From an uncultured Candidatus Saccharibacteria bacterium (GTDB lineage: Bacteria > Patescibacteriota > Dojkabacteria > SC72 > WJKH01): a DNA stretch of 64,000 bases. The stretch covers positions 16,169 to 80,168 of the forward strand of contig CAZRRH010000004.1 in assembly GCA_964602665.1 (NCBI GenBank), given 5' to 3'. Positions within the stretch are counted from its first letter, which is position 1; the number at the start of each line of letters is the position of its first letter. Made by a program: the position numbers and the translations under genes. The notes below the pieces were generated by a model. The model did no database searches. It was not told the DNA's origin and worked only from the letters and a program-made list of their open reading frames with translations. This document shows positions 1 through 9,700 of this stretch, one piece after another.

Positions 1-239
1 GGCATTGCTATAACAACTTTTTTATTTTTTATATTTGAGCTGTTATATAAGGCTTTGAGTACATCTGCAAGTTTCTTTTTATGAGATTCGTCCTCAGAGT
101 TGATTATTCCATGTGGGGTAGGCTGGCTACCAAAAGCGGAAAGCTTAGGCTTTTTATTGCCTAATCCATCAATACTTACTGCTTTAACAGAGTGATTACC
201 AAAATCAAGACCTACATGGTCGGGTAGTTGGTTTGACAT
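1..239 (-). CDS. pilM: Type IV pilus assembly protein PilM, 5' part (runs off the window)
   Basis: Translated by hand: MSNQLPDHVGLDFGNHSVKAVSI...LSAFGSQPTPHGII. This is the actin-like GLDxG motif, downstream of a pilus cluster. Not in the ORF track. Confidence 0.85.
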   Translation of the reverse strand, partial: MSNQLPDHVGLDFGNHSVKAVSIDGLGNKKPKLSAFGSQPTPHGIINSEDESHKKKLADVLKALYNSSNIKNKKVVIAM

Positions 240-308
240 TCTTCATTTGGCTAAACTTAACTTTTACTATATTACACTTTTTGTGCTCTTTGCGCAAGTC
301 TTATAGTG

Positions 309-3300
309 TTAGTAAGGTTTATAGCCTGAGTCTTTTCTATAGACCTCAATTAATCCAAAAAATTCTCTAGATAATATGTAATATCTATTATCATATTCTA
401 CCGCAACAGATGGATACTCTAAATTCTGTCTCAATTGCAATGATCGATTTATTTTTATGCCACTATTTGTGTCAGAAAATCCTATCATAGAACCAACAAC
501 TCTTAATCCTCTTGGCTGGCTTGCAAGATCATTCTCAATATGTATTTGATTGTCAGCAATAAAAAACCCGTGGACAACATCATATTCAACATCCGCAGGA
601 AGTGCTCCATAAAAAGCCTTGATATCAATATCATTTCCCGACAAGAATATGCATCCGTTTAAATCACCCGTTGAAGTTACGCCTTTTGATACTGTAAGAT
701 CAGAGGAAGTTATTACAACGGTTTTTCTATCACACACCAAAGGATTATCAATATTTAGCTTACCATTTCTAACTAAAACACACATTTTGTTAGCATCAGG
801 ACACTGAATAGAAATATTGCCGCTTAAAGCATCGCTTGAATAAGCAATCTGTTGATATTTTTCAGGATAAGCTTGTACTTTTGATAATACGACATCGCGA
901 TATCTAGTATAACCAGAATTTATTACACTATTGAAATTTTTAATCATAAAAGGTCTTGTTAAATTGTCCTGCTCATCACCAAAAGCCGCATTCCCACTAC
1001 CAAGAAGCTCAGATGATATATTAACCTCTTCCTTGTTTATCCCAAGTGAGCTATGAATTGATCCTCCCTCAGCGTATGCAACAAGTGGACTATAGTAACT
1101 GCCTCTACTATAAGCAAGACCTCCCTTTGATATGTACCAGGAAGCTCCAAGTCTTATTCCATCCACAGTATCAAATGTGTTAACATTGCATAGGGTATCC
1201 GCAGCTACTAACTCAGAATTAAACTCTCCTGCATCATCGACCGAAGCTATATTTATAGTTCCAACGCCATCATCCTCACCATTTCCAAGCCATACTTGCG
1301 TAGGATCACCCTTACCTAAAACTCCAGCGTTAATAAGCAATGGCTTTCCCGTGCTAAATACGCCTGTATCACCATCATACCCAGCGGTTGTTGGATTAAA
1401 TCCAGATAATATAGAGGTCCCAGCAATACCATTGCTATCGGCGGAATCCCAGAGTACATTTATTACATTCTGAGTTAAAACAGACATGCTTATACTACCT
1501 GTCGGGGGGGTAAAATCAAGGTGGTGTGTAGCTTTCCTTGAATGCCCACTGCTTTTGCCTGAATAATCCGAGACATGACCAAAAATATTTAGTACATCAC
1601 CAAGTTTATTGCTGTTATCACCACCAAAAGTCACTTCATAAACAAATCTTTTCTTAGTTGCGTCAACATTTGCTACGCTAATTAGTTTTATATGCCCTTT
1701 GTAATTTGTATCATTGCGATCAGTGTTTAATAAATCAGTACCTTGCTCAGTAAGCATTGTTGTAATATACTCAGATGATCCGCTATTTGGGACTCCCCAG
1801 GCATAATTCTTCCACGCATTACTAGCGCCAGGGATGTTTATGTCAGAAATATAATTCATGCCATATCCGGTAAAGCTATTGTCTCCATAATATGTACTAC
1901 CCGAATACTGAAACCAACTTTCTAATCCGTTTCCCCACAAAGCCCCTGTGCTTGTATTTCCACATGTTGCGCAAAATACGGTTCGATTAGTTTGCTTAAC
2001 TCCATTTATATACAATTCTACTTCTGTAAGGTTTCTATCCTCCCCGTCTTCATATGCATCATTTAAAAAGGAAATTTTTATATCCTGAGCCCTTACAGGG
2101 GCTGTTGTATAATATCGGTATGCATCCCGACCATTATAACCGACATTGCTCCATATCTTAACTAGCTGTCCGTTAATATATAAACCCATTTTAGGATAAA
2201 TAGTTTTTACACTAGTTCCATTTGCACGAATTGTAATAATCGTACCCTTAAGTACAGTTTGTCTTATACTTTCTTCATATATTGATGGAACTATCTGAGC
2301 AGGTGTTGTTATTCCATCTCCTGCTATAAATAATTGCGCTAGTGCAATATCGCCGTTTCCATCAGGATCTTCAACCGTAAGTGTAAATTGTGTTGGATTA
2401 TTACGATTACATGTTATCCCGTATGTATTTGGGAAGCCATCGCTACCATATGCATATCTTCCAGAACGACCTCCATCGGGTGTCACAGATAATACAACTG
2501 GCGTACAGTTTGTACGAAATGATCGAGTAGGGGAATAAGGACCATACATATCTTTTTCTCTACAATTAACGCTTACTGGTTGACGATTTATCGCTCTTAC
2601 TGCCCAATAATATGTGGTACAAGAAGACAATAATGGGTTACTATCGAAATACCAACTTGTGCCATCAACAATTGCAGTATGGATAGGAGTACTAGCCGTA
2701 TTATTTGTAGTAAAAAAGGCAATTTCATACCTATGTTCTCCACCATCAGCAGGTAATCCATCAGGGCAATTAACGCCAGGATCTCCTGTTGTACAAGTCT
2801 TTATGTTTTTGCCCCAATCAGCAATTGCCTGCCATGAGAAAATACTCATATCATTAACCTTGGTACTACCATTTGCAGGAGTGCTTAGTGTTAACACCTG
2901 AGCAGGAGAAGTCAATCCATTGTCACTATCACAATTACAAGTACAACCACATGAAGGGCATGGATCCCCACAATCATTTGTAGACGGGAAACACTTACCA
3001 TCACAAGTACCACAACCACCTCCACCGCCAGGGAAACATTCAACAGGGGGATTTTTACATGTTGCGCAGTTCGAGGTGCAGTACTCGGTTACTAGATCCG
3101 GACAAACGGGCTCACACCACCAATTAACAACAAGGCAACTGCCACTCGAACATCTACATGATCCAGGAGAAAGCTGACAGCTCCCACAACCAAAATGTCC
3201 ACAAGTCGAAATTTTACCACAACTACTACAACTTAGACTATCAGAAGCTACACAGGTACCAACACCTTTGTCATTTATATTAGTACAACGATAACAATCA

Positions 3301-3419
3301 GGACAATTTATGCCTTGTGAGGGTATACATATTTCTACTGCATACACAATTTGAGAAGAAAAAACGCTAAAGCACAAAACGAAAATGATGAATATAAAAA
3401 TCTTAATTTTCCCTTGCAT
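309..3419 (-). CDS. Large secreted Cys-rich protein with Fn3-like and CBM60-like domains; putative pilus-associated adhesin
   Basis: Signal peptide, Cys-rich N-terminus, YYWAVRAIN Fn3-like strand, YPKMGLYING...FLNDAY..DRNL carbohydrate-binding-module-like motif; lies in the pilus operon. Confidence 0.6.
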   Translation of the reverse strand: MQGKIKIFIFIIFVLCFSVFSSQIVYAVEICIPSQGINCPDCYRCTNINDKGVGTCVASDSLSCSSCGKISTCGHFGCGSCQLSPGSCRCSSGSCLVVNWWCEPVCPDLVTEYCTSNCATCKNPPVECFPGGGGGCGTCDGKCFPSTNDCGDPCPSCGCTCNCDSDNGLTSPAQVLTLSTPANGSTKVNDMSIFSWQAIADWGKNIKTCTTGDPGVNCPDGLPADGGEHRYEIAFFTTNNTASTPIHTAIVDGTSWYFDSNPLLSSCTTYYWAVRAINRQPVSVNCREKDMYGPYSPTRSFRTNCTPVVLSVTPDGGRSGRYAYGSDGFPNTYGITCNRNNPTQFTLTVEDPDGNGDIALAQLFIAGDGITTPAQIVPSIYEESIRQTVLKGTIITIRANGTSVKTIYPKMGLYINGQLVKIWSNVGYNGRDAYRYYTTAPVRAQDIKISFLNDAYEDGEDRNLTEVELYINGVKQTNRTVFCATCGNTSTGALWGNGLESWFQYSGSTYYGDNSFTGYGMNYISDINIPGASNAWKNYAWGVPNSGSSEYITTMLTEQGTDLLNTDRNDTNYKGHIKLISVANVDATKKRFVYEVTFGGDNSNKLGDVLNIFGHVSDYSGKSSGHSRKATHHLDFTPPTGSISMSVLTQNVINVLWDSADSNGIAGTSILSGFNPTTAGYDGDTGVFSTGKPLLINAGVLGKGDPTQVWLGNGEDDGVGTINIASVDDAGEFNSELVAADTLCNVNTFDTVDGIRLGASWYISKGGLAYSRGSYYSPLVAYAEGGSIHSSLGINKEEVNISSELLGSGNAAFGDEQDNLTRPFMIKNFNSVINSGYTRYRDVVLSKVQAYPEKYQQIAYSSDALSGNISIQCPDANKMCVLVRNGKLNIDNPLVCDRKTVVITSSDLTVSKGVTSTGDLNGCIFLSGNDIDIKAFYGALPADVEYDVVHGFFIADNQIHIENDLASQPRGLRVVGSMIGFSDTNSGIKINRSLQLRQNLEYPSVAVEYDNRYYILSREFFGLIEVYRKDSGYKPY

Positions 3420-4560
3420 ACATACTTACAAACAAATTATTTTCCATTACATTATAAAACAACTTATCTCCATGATTTGAATAAAGTCCATCATTAAAGC
3501 GAAAACCGCTACTACTACCTATGCGATCAAAATTATTTAAAAGAATATCCCTCGAAATATCCCTGCTTGAATAAAAAAATTTATCATATCCATACTCCTG
3601 GTAAAGCCTGTCATAATATAGTTTGCAGAAAATTTTATCAGAGAAGTCGCCATAAGATAAAACATCTTCTGGCGTATAAAATCTTGAAGCGATACTAAGA
3701 TATTCCGGTTGCCTCGTATAGTAGTAAAGATCAAGTGCTGCGTTAGCATAAATACAAACACTACTGTCTTTAAAGAATTTCGGTTGATCTTTTTCTGTCT
3801 CATCTAAGTATATTTTCGTCGCATAATCAAAAGATTTCTTAGCAATAATTTTATTATCATTGCTCTTTAGTATCTGATCAAGAGCAACAAACTCTGACGA
3901 CATAATTGAGTACTGCACAAATTCTTCATCTGTAGAAGAAATATTTTGAACCTTTGATATAGCAGAAATAACAGTATTCCCTTTCTCAGAAAGTTTTATT
4001 GTGTTATCAACAGATTCGGACAAACTGTTTAACACCGTCATTCTTGTTGGACTAAATCTTCCCTTAAGACAAATTGCCTTAGCATTTTCTCTTATATCCG
4101 TATCTAATGTTTCATCCAAAATAATCTCTTTTAATAGAGTACAGTTCCAAACACCTGTCTGTATAGTAACTATACTTGGCTCATTTGCATAACTTTGCAA
4201 ATCTCTTTCTAAAATTGCAAGATTAGAATCATCATTATATTTTTTATAAATTGTATATCTAGCTTTAGCCGCAGCCGCTGCCTGATGATTTGAAACTGCT
4301 TTAACACATTCTTCTTGGCCAATTTCACATTCAACAAGAGAGTAGTATAGTCCTCTCTCATCTCTTTCCTTATCAATCCAATCTAAAATAATATTGCTAA
4401 CCTCAAGGTTTCTACCTCCTGAAATAAGATCGTTAAACTCCCTTTTTTGTTTCTCTTTTAAATATAGACTCCATCCGAAGTATCCCACAAAACATACAAA
4501 GAGCCCAAATATGATCCAAAGAACTATCCTTAAATTTCGTCTCTTGATACTATATTTCAT
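3403..4560 (-). CDS. Membrane-anchored hypothetical protein (helical repeat or toroid-like)
   Basis: 385-aa ORF with an N-terminal TM segment; overlaps the next gene. Confidence 0.6.
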   Translation of the reverse strand: MKYSIKRRNLRIVLWIIFGLFVCFVGYFGWSLYLKEKQKREFNDLISGGRNLEVSNIILDWIDKERDERGLYYSLVECEIGQEECVKAVSNHQAAAAAKARYTIYKKYNDDSNLAILERDLQSYANEPSIVTIQTGVWNCTLLKEIILDETLDTDIRENAKAICLKGRFSPTRMTVLNSLSESVDNTIKLSEKGNTVISAISKVQNISSTDEEFVQYSIMSSEFVALDQILKSNDNKIIAKKSFDYATKIYLDETEKDQPKFFKDSSVCIYANAALDLYYYTRQPEYLSIASRFYTPEDVLSYGDFSDKIFCKLYYDRLYQEYGYDKFFYSSRDISRDILLNNFDRIGSSSGFRFNDGLYSNHGDKLFYNVMENNLFVSMYAREN

Positions 4561-4584
4561 AAGGCGATCTTTTAAATTTATACT

Positions 4585-4977
4585 TTAAATTTCAAGGGCC
4601 TTTTTAACCTCCTGAGCTATATCAGACATTTCAATCTCAGCTTTTACAAGATATCCTTTAGCACCAAGCTCATAGCACTCCTGAATTACCTTTTCGCTTA
4701 CCATTGCAGTAAGAACAATAATATTATGATCTTCTCCGTAGATTTCAGGTTGCTCCTTTAAAACTCTGAGGACCTCAAGGCCATCAATACCTGGCATCAT
4801 AAGATCAAGCAAGATAAGATCAAATTTTTTCTCTTTATTTTCTCGCAAAAGGTCAAGACCTTTATATCCATCATTTGCTTTCTCGGCTTTAACACCTTCG
4901 ATTTCGCTCTCGATAATTTCTGCATACGACTCTAGAAGATCTATTTCGTCCTCTATTATAAGTACTCTTTTCTCCAT
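4585..4977 (-). CDS. Single-domain response regulator (receiver)
   Basis: LIIEDE, LILLDLMMPGIDG, VLTA and YLVK receiver motifs. Confidence 0.92.
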   Translation of the reverse strand: MEKRVLIIEDEIDLLESYAEIIESEIEGVKAEKANDGYKGLDLLRENKEKKFDLILLDLMMPGIDGLEVLRVLKEQPEIYGEDHNIIVLTAMVSEKVIQECYELGAKGYLVKAEIEMSDIAQEVKKALEI

Positions 4978-4995
4978 ACGATTTAAAAATAAAAT

Positions 4996-5859
4996 TTAAT
5001 TTTTCCTATATCTTAAACTATCTCCTCCGTAATTATTATATAACACATAGTCAAATATTGGATCCAATGTTTTTGCTTTTGGTATATCAAAATAGCTACT
5101 TTGAGATATTCCATCTTGGGTCGCTGTTACTTGGACCGTAGCCGCAAAATAATTAGTGCATCCATTCATTTCAGATAATTTGTAATATATGCCGTCTTCC
5201 AAAGAAAACATCTCAACCTCAAGTAGATCATATCCGTCAACAGCAGAATTATCAAAAGCAGTAGGAACAGCACTCCATACAGGAAGTCCGTAATCTCCCG
5301 CTAATAAGGGATCCGTCTTAACTCCAATTATATCACTGTAATCATACGGCTTGACGGCAATGATTTGTCCGCTTGCGTCATATTTTACATATACCTTCCT
5401 TAGGACAATACCCCCTGTACCAGACAATTCAAGAAGGTAGCTACAAGCGCCAACATTTCTGGCCATTGGTATTGTTATTGTTTTTTCTTTTAACATTAGC
5501 TCAGGTTCACTTACTGTTCTTTTTTTTGTGAAACACACCTCAAAATTCTCTCCGATTTCATTAGGATCTATCAGACTTAAATCAACATCTAAAATCTCTT
5601 GTACATCTTCAATGTTATTATAACAGCAACCAGTATCAAAACAGCTTTGAGCTTCTAGATTATTAAAAAGTACATCAACAGACGCTCCTTGCATAGATTC
5701 TGTTAATGTATCGGTAAAACTAGCAGTTTCTTTGCTTGTCCTCTCTTTAAAGATTCTCTCCTGATTTCTCACAATTTGCGAGTAAATCCCAAGAGCAATA
5801 ACAACCACAGCAACAAGTATTACCATTAAAATCGCAAGAGTCTGACCCTTATATCTCAT
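4996..5859 (-). CDS. PilX-like minor pilin
   Basis: KG|QTLAILMVILV prepilin-like N-terminus lacking Glu5. Confidence 0.7.
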   Translation of the reverse strand: MRYKGQTLAILMVILVAVVVIALGIYSQIVRNQERIFKERTSKETASFTDTLTESMQGASVDVLFNNLEAQSCFDTGCCYNNIEDVQEILDVDLSLIDPNEIGENFEVCFTKKRTVSEPELMLKEKTITIPMARNVGACSYLLELSGTGGIVLRKVYVKYDASGQIIAVKPYDYSDIIGVKTDPLLAGDYGLPVWSAVPTAFDNSAVDGYDLLEVEMFSLEDGIYYKLSEMNGCTNYFAATVQVTATQDGISQSSYFDIPKAKTLDPIFDYVLYNNYGGDSLRYRKN

Positions 5860-5882
5860 AACTAGAATTTATCACAATTATC

Positions 5883-6539
5883 TTAAAATTGCAATACAGA
5901 TGTTTGTACTGAAAGCTGTCTAGATATTCTTGGAGATTCGCCTTTGCCTATCCAGCTTGCAGGTTTTGCTTCAACAACGACATTAAAAAATAAATTCCTT
6001 CCACTTGAATAGTATTTTACATCAATATTTTCAATGTTCACCTTTCCATTGTCTATAATTACAAAATTTTTACGATTCTCAGGCTTATCATTAAAACAAC
6101 TCTCTGGAGAACCTCCAATAGACATTGAGGATTTAACAAAATGTCCAAATCTATCGTCATTTGCATCCTTAAAAAAGCCATAACATAAAACACGATTTGA
6201 AATAGTAGAGTAGAGGTGTAATTCATTGCCAACTTCACCCTCTTTAAGCGCTTCAGGATAAGAATCCGCAGATGAAGGATAGTAATCGACAATTTTCCTA
6301 ATTTCTTCCGTATCATATAAATATACATTACTAGCAAAAGAGTTTCTTATTGCTCTTTTATATAGTTCGGTTATAAATTCGGCTTCATTTCTGGTTTTTA
6401 TTCTAAAATCAGTTTTTACATAAGTTTCAACCATTGTCGCAAATGTGACACCAACAGTAAGCATAAGAAGCATCATTATTGCCATTGTTATAAGCATTTC
6501 CACAAGAGAGAATGCTCGTAATATTTTCCTAATTGACAT
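5883..6539 (-). CDS. Minor pilin (PilW-like)
   Basis: RA|FSLVEMLITM type IV N-methylation motif. Confidence 0.8.
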   Translation of the reverse strand: MSIRKILRAFSLVEMLITMAIMMLLMLTVGVTFATMVETYVKTDFRIKTRNEAEFITELYKRAIRNSFASNVYLYDTEEIRKIVDYYPSSADSYPEALKEGEVGNELHLYSTISNRVLCYGFFKDANDDRFGHFVKSSMSIGGSPESCFNDKPENRKNFVIIDNGKVNIENIDVKYYSSGRNLFFNVVVEAKPASWIGKGESPRISRQLSVQTSVLQF

Positions 6540-7065
6540 ATAGTACCTTATAAATCACATTATATTTTTGATCATCAACAAGACATTTTGCGTTTTCTCG
6601 AGCGCCAGTTGCCTCAGTTGAGTAGGAGCATTTGGTTCCACCACCAACGACTTGGGCTTTTATTAGTTTTGAATTACTATCATAATAATTTCCACTAAAA
6701 CATAACACGGAGAAAACGGTATCATCTTTTATAGCTTTTCTACAGTTATCAATCTGCGGATAAGAACACATCTTTATCATGTTATCATCTTCGATCACAT
6801 AGCAAGAGGAGTTCCAAGATGCAATATCACTTTGACTTAGTCGAAGGGTTGAATCAGGGTCGTTTCGCTTGCTTAAAAACGATCTGAATAGCTCGTTAGC
6901 TTCAACATTTTGATTCGCTATTTTATCGTACAACTCTAACCTGTAGTAATTCATAAGGCTATGAGCAGCAATTCCCATAAACGATATTGCCACAATACCA
7001 ACAATAAATATTGCCAATGTCGCCTCGACTAGTCCCAAACCTTTATATTTTCTTGCTTCTTTCAT
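6529..7065 (-). CDS. Minor pilin (PilV-like)
   Basis: KG|LGLVEATLAI prepilin motif. Confidence 0.75.
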   Translation of the reverse strand: MKEARKYKGLGLVEATLAIFIVGIVAISFMGIAAHSLMNYYRLELYDKIANQNVEANELFRSFLSKRNDPDSTLRLSQSDIASWNSSCYVIEDDNMIKMCSYPQIDNCRKAIKDDTVFSVLCFSGNYYDSNSKLIKAQVVGGGTKCSYSTEATGARENAKCLVDDQKYNVIYKVLYVN

Positions 7066-7073
7066 ATATGTAA

Positions 7074-7730
7074 TTATTTGCTAACAATCGTAATCATACC
7101 AGAAACAGGCTTAACCATAAGCTCCTTATACTCGTTTCTCCCATAGACCAAGTGCAGATTCGAAGGATTATCTGTTAAAAAAATCTCATCCCCAGAAAAG
7201 GAGTAGTTTAATAAATTCCCATTTTCATCATAGAAAAATGCCCTTCCTGTCATACTTTCAAATAAAACAATAGCTACATTTCCTTTAATAATTACCCCTT
7301 CATAATAAGGAGCAGAAGACAATCTTCCTTCAATAGGAATTACTTTCTCTGTTCCTTTGCAAATAGCGGCATCGTCACTCGCAGAATTAAAAGGCAGTTT
7401 GCTTCCATTTGCCGGAAGCTCAGAACTCATTTTCTCAACGCCATCAGAATAGTCAGTAAATTCTGAACACCATCTGAAAATATCATAAGTACCAGCACTT
7501 TCTATGTTCCTAAAATCTATACCTACTCCGTATACCCAATTATCTCCTTCACCTCTCTCCATAAACATCGCAGCTCTCTGAGCATATCTAAGATCATCTT
7601 CAAGTCCAACAGTAAAATTATGCTCAAGATAACTTTCTCTTAAACCACTCACGGAGATAAATCCAAGACCCATTAAAAGGATCGCTATAGCCATAACTAT
7701 AAGCATTTCTACTAAAGTAAATCCTTTCAT
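7074..7730 (-). CDS. Minor pilin (FimT/FimU-like)
   Basis: MKG|FTLVEMLIVMAI and DLRYAQRAA. Start moved to the ATG at 7730, which overlaps the pilD stop. Confidence 0.8.
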   Translation of the reverse strand: MKGFTLVEMLIVMAIAILLMGLGFISVSGLRESYLEHNFTVGLEDDLRYAQRAAMFMERGEGDNWVYGVGIDFRNIESAGTYDIFRWCSEFTDYSDGVEKMSSELPANGSKLPFNSASDDAAICKGTEKVIPIEGRLSSAPYYEGVIIKGNVAIVLFESMTGRAFFYDENGNLLNYSFSGDEIFLTDNPSNLHLVYGRNEYKELMVKPVSGMITIVSK

Positions 7731-8476
7731 ATTATTAATATAACATAGGTTGATATAAAAAGGAAGGGGAGCAATGGTATATGTTTTTTCAACCATTTCT
7801 TATCGAGAGCAACAAGAAATGTACAAAATATCCCTGCAATAATTATTGTTACAAAAAACAGTTTTGAAATAAAAAATGGCTGTGGAAAAAATAACGCCAC
7901 GAAGAAAAACATATAAGAATCTGCTTCACCAAAGGCAGGCTTTATCTTATTAACCAGGTAAAAAAACAGCCCGATTACTCCCGCTTCAAGAATTGGTACG
8001 AGATAAATCCATAAGCCTTGCTCTCCCCAATTTTCGACTATTAAATAAACCATGTTAACAGCTCCACATATTAACGCGAAGTGTATAATATAATCCTCTA
8101 TCTCCATAAACAACAGGTCAAAAGATACTATCAAGAAAAATATCACAGTAAAAAAATACGCAGAAATGGGTAAACCCAAGTAATATATTAGCACAAAAAG
8201 CAATCCAAGAAGTGTTTCCCCTAGCATATACCATATAGGAATTTTGTTTTTGCATTTACTGCATTTTCCTCCTAAAATAATCCAAGATATCACTGGTATA
8301 AGCTCATACCAAGAAAGAGTTTTTTTGCAGTTATCACAGCACGATCTGCCAGTTAACATCTCCTTAACAGGCATTTTTAAATGTATCCTCCACGATAAAG
8401 CGATCAAAAAGCTCGCTAAAGAACAACCTAGCAGAAAAAGAACAACCATGTATATATAATCAATTATCCCAGCCAT
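7727..8476 (-). CDS. pilD: Prepilin peptidase
   Basis: RSCCDNCKKTLSWYELIPVISWIILGGKCSKC zinc domain, SFD and GEAD aspartates, IPLLPF. Confidence 0.92.
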   Translation of the reverse strand: MAGIIDYIYMVVLFLLGCSLASFLIALSWRIHLKMPVKEMLTGRSCCDNCKKTLSWYELIPVISWIILGGKCSKCKNKIPIWYMLGETLLGLLFVLIYYLGLPISAYFFTVIFFLIVSFDLLFMEIEDYIIHFALICGAVNMVYLIVENWGEQGLWIYLVPILEAGVIGLFFYLVNKIKPAFGEADSYMFFFVALFFPQPFFISKLFFVTIIIAGIFCTFLVALDKKWLKKHIPLLPFLFISTYVILII

Positions 8477-9017
8477 TTAAAGATGCACTCCAATTAGATT
8501 TGTATTCCCAAGAAAAGAGCCAACTAGAAGCCTGCTCTTTTGATAGAGTAGGGGTATTTATCGTCACACCCGATAAATCAACTCCAAAGCCACTTCCCTC
8601 GCACAAGACACCTACATCATCGTTGGCATCATAAAAACCATTTGTTGTAGAACAAAATAGAAATTTAGTTCTGTCTGCGCTAACAAAATAATAAACCGTG
8701 CTATCACTGCCAAAACTAAGCTCTTCAAGATAACGACTCAAATCTCCAGTAGATATAATCTCATCTGGAGTAGCAAGAGAAGGAAAGACTCCCCCGTTAT
8801 CTCCATAGTACTGCAATGCTGCTTTATTTAATTGCCCTAGGCTATCGCGATTTTTAATCTCATTGGCACGATTTATTATCATTCTGCCACCCATTACGCC
8901 AATACCCATTAGTATAATAAGAACCGCCATGACCAATAGCATCTCTACAAGCGTAAAAGCACTCATTTTAAAAGGGCTTCCTTTTTTACTCGGAAGCCCT
9001 CCGAAATCAATTTCCAT
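8460..9017 (-). CDS. Type IV pilin, paralogue of the neighbouring pilin
   Basis: SA|FTLVEMLLVMAVL; clear similarity to 9046..9621. Start probably at MEIDF (9017). Confidence 0.8.
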   Translation of the reverse strand: MEIDFGGLPSKKGSPFKMSAFTLVEMLLVMAVLIILMGIGVMGGRMIINRANEIKNRDSLGQLNKAALQYYGDNGGVFPSLATPDEIISTGDLSRYLEELSFGSDSTVYYFVSADRTKFLFCSTTNGFYDANDDVGVLCEGSGFGVDLSGVTINTPTLSKEQASSWLFSWEYKSNWSASLNGWDN

Positions 9018-9045
9018 TTTTGATCTTAATATTAAACAAATCAGG

Positions 9046-9621
9046 TTAAGGTGCAACATCTTTTGCAGGAGCAGTACCCCAACTCTTTGTTGATCCATTC
9101 CAATCTGACTGTGTAAAATATTTTGTTCCTAAAATCGTGTCGATTATTGCAGTTCTATCTACAGCATCCTCTATTGCATTTACCTTTGCCAATGTGCTAG
9201 TACCTTCATCTCCAAATGCATTACCCTCACACAATACTGCATCTACTGCATCACTTGTGCTTAAGCCACCATTTGTTACACAAAATAGTACTTTGGTCTT
9301 ATCTTCTGAAATATAGTAATAGTATGTTGCATCACTTCCTCCATCAAAATCCTCTAGGTAAGTGCTTAAATACGTATTACCGGTTATTCCATCAACTAAC
9401 TGTGCTGGTGTAGGCTTTGTTGTCCCGGTTGGGAAGACACTTCCTTTATCCCCATAATACTGTAGTGCAGCTTTATTTAACTGCTGAACAGCATTTGTAT
9501 GTGATATTCTATTTGCTCTATTAATAAGCGCCCTTCCTCCAAACACTCCTATACCCATTAAGATGATGAGTATCGCCATAACGATAAGCATCTCTACCAA
9601 TGTAAATCCTTTCTTTTTCAT
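9046..9621 (-). CDS. pilA: Type IV major pilin candidate
   Basis: MKKKG|FTLVEMLIVMAIL; first pilin after pilC, with a TTGACA upstream at 9691-9696. Confidence 0.8.
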   Translation of the reverse strand: MKKKGFTLVEMLIVMAILIILMGIGVFGGRALINRANRISHTNAVQQLNKAALQYYGDKGSVFPTGTTKPTPAQLVDGITGNTYLSTYLEDFDGGSDATYYYYISEDKTKVLFCVTNGGLSTSDAVDAVLCEGNAFGDEGTSTLAKVNAIEDAVDRTAIIDTILGTKYFTQSDWNGSTKSWGTAPAKDVAP

Positions 9622-9700
9622 AATTTTAAGTTAATAAATAAATTAATTAATAAATTAAACTATTTCATATATAATACTTTTTTAATCATTTGTCAATATG

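Noticed and set aside
3308-3330. Further copy of the TATATACCC palindrome (also a weak one at 32182-32195)
   Set aside because: Only one half-site or a 5-bp arm matches, which is compatible with chance.
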